Below are positions 6,755 to 7,815 of a DNA stretch of 7,815 nucleotides, in pieces. The stretch is taken from the IMG/VR virus record IMGVR_UViG_2690316227_000004; one strand, written 5' to 3'. Position numbers and translations under genes: made by a program. The DNA comes from a virus (Duplodnaviria; Heunggongvirae; Uroviricota; Caudoviricetes). The first letter of the stretch is position 1; every line of letters starts with the position of its first letter. Under the pieces are notes generated by a model. The model saw only the letters and a program-made list of their open reading frames with translations, was not told the DNA's origin and did not search any database.

Positions 6755-7248
6755 TGTTGCCCCCACAAACAGACTTCACGCTCAATCTCACGGCGAGTCA
6801 TCAGCCCTTTCCATTGCTTACCGCCAGCGTATGTCCAGCGCCGTAGCTGATCACATGCGCCTTTGATATCGCCCTGGTTTATTTTGCGAAGAAGCGTCGA
6901 TGTTCTGAAATTGCCAGCGCCCACGTTGTAAACGAACGAGTAAAGAGCGCCGCGCGTTGTTTCCGGTATATCGACTTTGATGTACGGGTTTATTTGTCTG
7001 GCGACCGTGGCAAGGTCTTTATTCAGGAGGGCTTTGCATTCTGCTTCGGTATACGTTTTACCGGGCATGATGTCTTTTCCGGTGTGTCCATGACATACAG
7101 TCCATACGCCAACGATATCTTCGTATGGTATGTAGCTGACACCTTCCAGGCCATCGTCACCACTCGGACCAGTGATGAGCACAGACGCTATGGCAACAGC
7201 CCCACCACCAATAGCAGCAGCAACGGCTTTTCGTAATGATGGAGGCAT
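6751..7248 (-). CDS. R: SAR (signal-anchor-release) endolysin, T4-lysozyme-type muramidase (phage 21 R21-like), 165 aa
   Basis: The N-terminus [30 protein letters not shown] is a Gly/Ala-rich weakly hydrophobic SAR domain. It is followed by an E-x8-D-x5-T catalytic arrangement ([17 protein letters not shown]). The sequence is near-identical to the phage 21 endolysin as I recall it. The start ATG overlaps the holin stop (TAATG). Confidence 0.93.
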   Translation of the reverse strand: MPPSLRKAVAAAIGGGAVAIASVLITGPSGDDGLEGVSYIPYEDIVGVWTVCHGHTGKDIMPGKTYTEAECKALLNKDLATVARQINPYIKVDIPETTRGALYSFVYNVGAGNFRTSTLLRKINQGDIKGACDQLRRWTYAGGKQWKGLMTRREIEREVCLWGQQ

Positions 7249-7454
7249 TATTCACCTCTCGCAGCCTTGCGCTTATCTTCTTTAATCTTGAAATAAAGGT
7301 TTGTCAGATACGTCAGCAGGCCAAACAGCAGACTCCCCAGCACACCTATTGCCACCCACTGGGACGGAGAGACTTTGTCCAGCAGCTGCAGTAACCAGTA
7401 TCCCGTCCCCACCGCTGACGTGGTGTATGACACACCCGTTGTGATTTTTTCCAT
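7248..7454 (-). CDS. S: Class II holin / pinholin (phage 21 S21-68-like), 68 aa
   Basis: [68 protein letters not shown] has two predicted TMDs and a charged C-terminus, closely resembling S21-68 ([68 protein letters not shown] as recalled). GGAGA lies upstream of the ATG. It sits immediately upstream of the SAR endolysin. Confidence 0.92.
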   Translation of the reverse strand: MEKITTGVSYTTSAVGTGYWLLQLLDKVSPSQWVAIGVLGSLLFGLLTYLTNLYFKIKEDKRKAARGE

Positions 7455-7499
7455 CTGATGTATGTCTCCGTCACCGCCGACAGAAAATGAAAGTAAAGG

Positions 7500-7534
7500 A
7501 AAACAAAAAGCCGCCAGTGTCGCCCACTGACGGC
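7500..7534 (-). terminator. Strong rho-independent terminator 45 nt upstream of the holin ATG (tR'-like terminator of the late leader)
   Basis: Minus-strand RNA GCCGUCAGUG-GGCGA-CACUGGCGGC (10-bp stem with one G-U pair, 5-nt loop) followed by UUUUUGUUUU. In lambdoid phages the late promoter pR' is followed by a leader ending in tR', which Q-modified polymerase reads through. Confidence 0.7.
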
Positions 7535-7612
7535 CAACGCCGGGAGCCGTGATTATGGCATTCAGGCTCTGCTAAAAATGCCAGATAACATTCCGGCTCC
7601 CCCCTGATTCAG

Positions 7613-7639
7613 GTTATAAATGACACAATATCTTGACAA
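7613..7639 (-). promoter_or_regulatory. Candidate late promoter (pR'-like) reading toward the lysis genes
   Basis: Minus strand TTGTCA (7634-7639) followed by either TATAAC (15-bp spacer) or TAACCT (17-bp spacer), about 100 nt upstream of the tR'-like terminator. Hexamers and spacing are imperfect; this is a positional inference. Confidence 0.3.
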
Positions 7640-7652
7640 CACCCATCACTGT

Positions 7653-7681
7653 CTGTCAGAAAATGTACTGCCAGATATAAG
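7653..7681 (+). promoter_or_regulatory. Candidate sigma70-type promoter on the + strand (CTGTCA-17 bp-TATAAG) facing the 7710-7752 terminator
   Basis: -35-like CTGTCA at 7653-7658, a 17-bp spacer, and -10-like TATAAG at 7676-7681. It would start a transcript near 7688-7690 that ends at the + strand terminator about 60 nt downstream. Confidence 0.3.
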
Positions 7682-7707
7682 TATCATGTGAAACCCAACT
7701 ATCCTTC

Positions 7708-7815
7708 TTAGCCAGTACTTCTCCGAGGAAAGTCAGTACTGGCTGTTTTTTTCCTTAATAAAGCATCTGTAACTGAAACAATCCGCATATTGATAATATA
7801 TTGACAGGCATCATT
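7708..7815 (-). CDS. 3' end of an ORF entering from the right edge (35 codons then TAA); possibly the late antiterminator Q gene
   Basis: The minus frame is open from the window edge to TAA at 7708-7710 (..NDACQYIINMRIVSVTDALLRKKTASTDFPRRSTG*). In lambdoid phages Q sits immediately upstream of pR' and the lysis genes. I do not recognise the peptide, so the call is positional only. Confidence 0.3.
   Translation of the reverse strand, partial: NDACQYIINMRIVSVTDALLRKKTASTDFPRRSTG
7710..7752 (+). terminator. Strong intrinsic terminator on the + strand (perfect 10-bp stem, U7 tail)
   Basis: agccagtact (7710-7719) pairs perfectly with agtactggct (7735-7744) around a 15-nt loop, followed by ttttttt (7746-7752). 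On the minus strand the same hairpin is preceded, not followed, by the homopolymer run, so it is oriented for + strand termination. Confidence 0.55.

Noticed and set aside
6994-7236. 80-aa + strand ORF
   Set aside because: It is antisense to the SAR endolysin gene, which is near-identical to a known phage 21-type lysozyme.
7346-7537. 63-aa minus-strand ORF overlapping the holin 5' region and the tR'-like terminator
   Set aside because: It is out of frame with the well-supported holin, begins inside the terminator hairpin, and has an implausible composition.
7787-7815. Direct repeat TATTGA...TATTGA followed by TTGACA on the + strand at the right edge
   Set aside because: Any promoter here would have its -10 element outside the window, and the repeat lies within the probable coding region of the upstream ORF. 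Too little sequence to evaluate.
1-7815. Scan for tRNA, rRNA, CRISPR arrays, integrase/attachment sites and IS elements
   Set aside because: No direct-repeat/spacer periodicity, no tRNA-like cloverleaf candidates, and no terminal inverted repeats flanking a transposase-like ORF were seen. The window is internal to the phage late and morphogenesis region.

Overview
The window reads as a contiguous piece of a lambdoid (phage 21-like) enterobacterial phage or prophage, with every convincing gene on the minus strand. In phage order (high to low coordinates) it contains: the 3' end of an upstream ORF (possibly the late antiterminator Q), a late promoter/leader region ending in a strong terminator, a lysis cassette (S21-type pinholin, SAR endolysin, Rz with embedded Rz1), two tandem terminators, a two-gene accessory cassette (KilA-N-like protein plus a small basic protein), the cos site (cosQ-side segment, cosN with the lambda cohesive end GGGCGGCGACCT, and a divergent cosB), then terminase small and large subunits, head-tail connector W, portal B and the start of protease/scaffold C. 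Protein assignments rest on by-eye collinear similarity to lambda and phage 21 proteins recalled from memory; no database search was run. The best candidate for something undescribed is the translationally coupled KilA-N-like/small basic protein cassette sitting in the moron position between Rz and cos, followed by a possible antisense small RNA near the right edge. Most of the rest is canonical. No tRNA, rRNA, CRISPR or IS element was seen.
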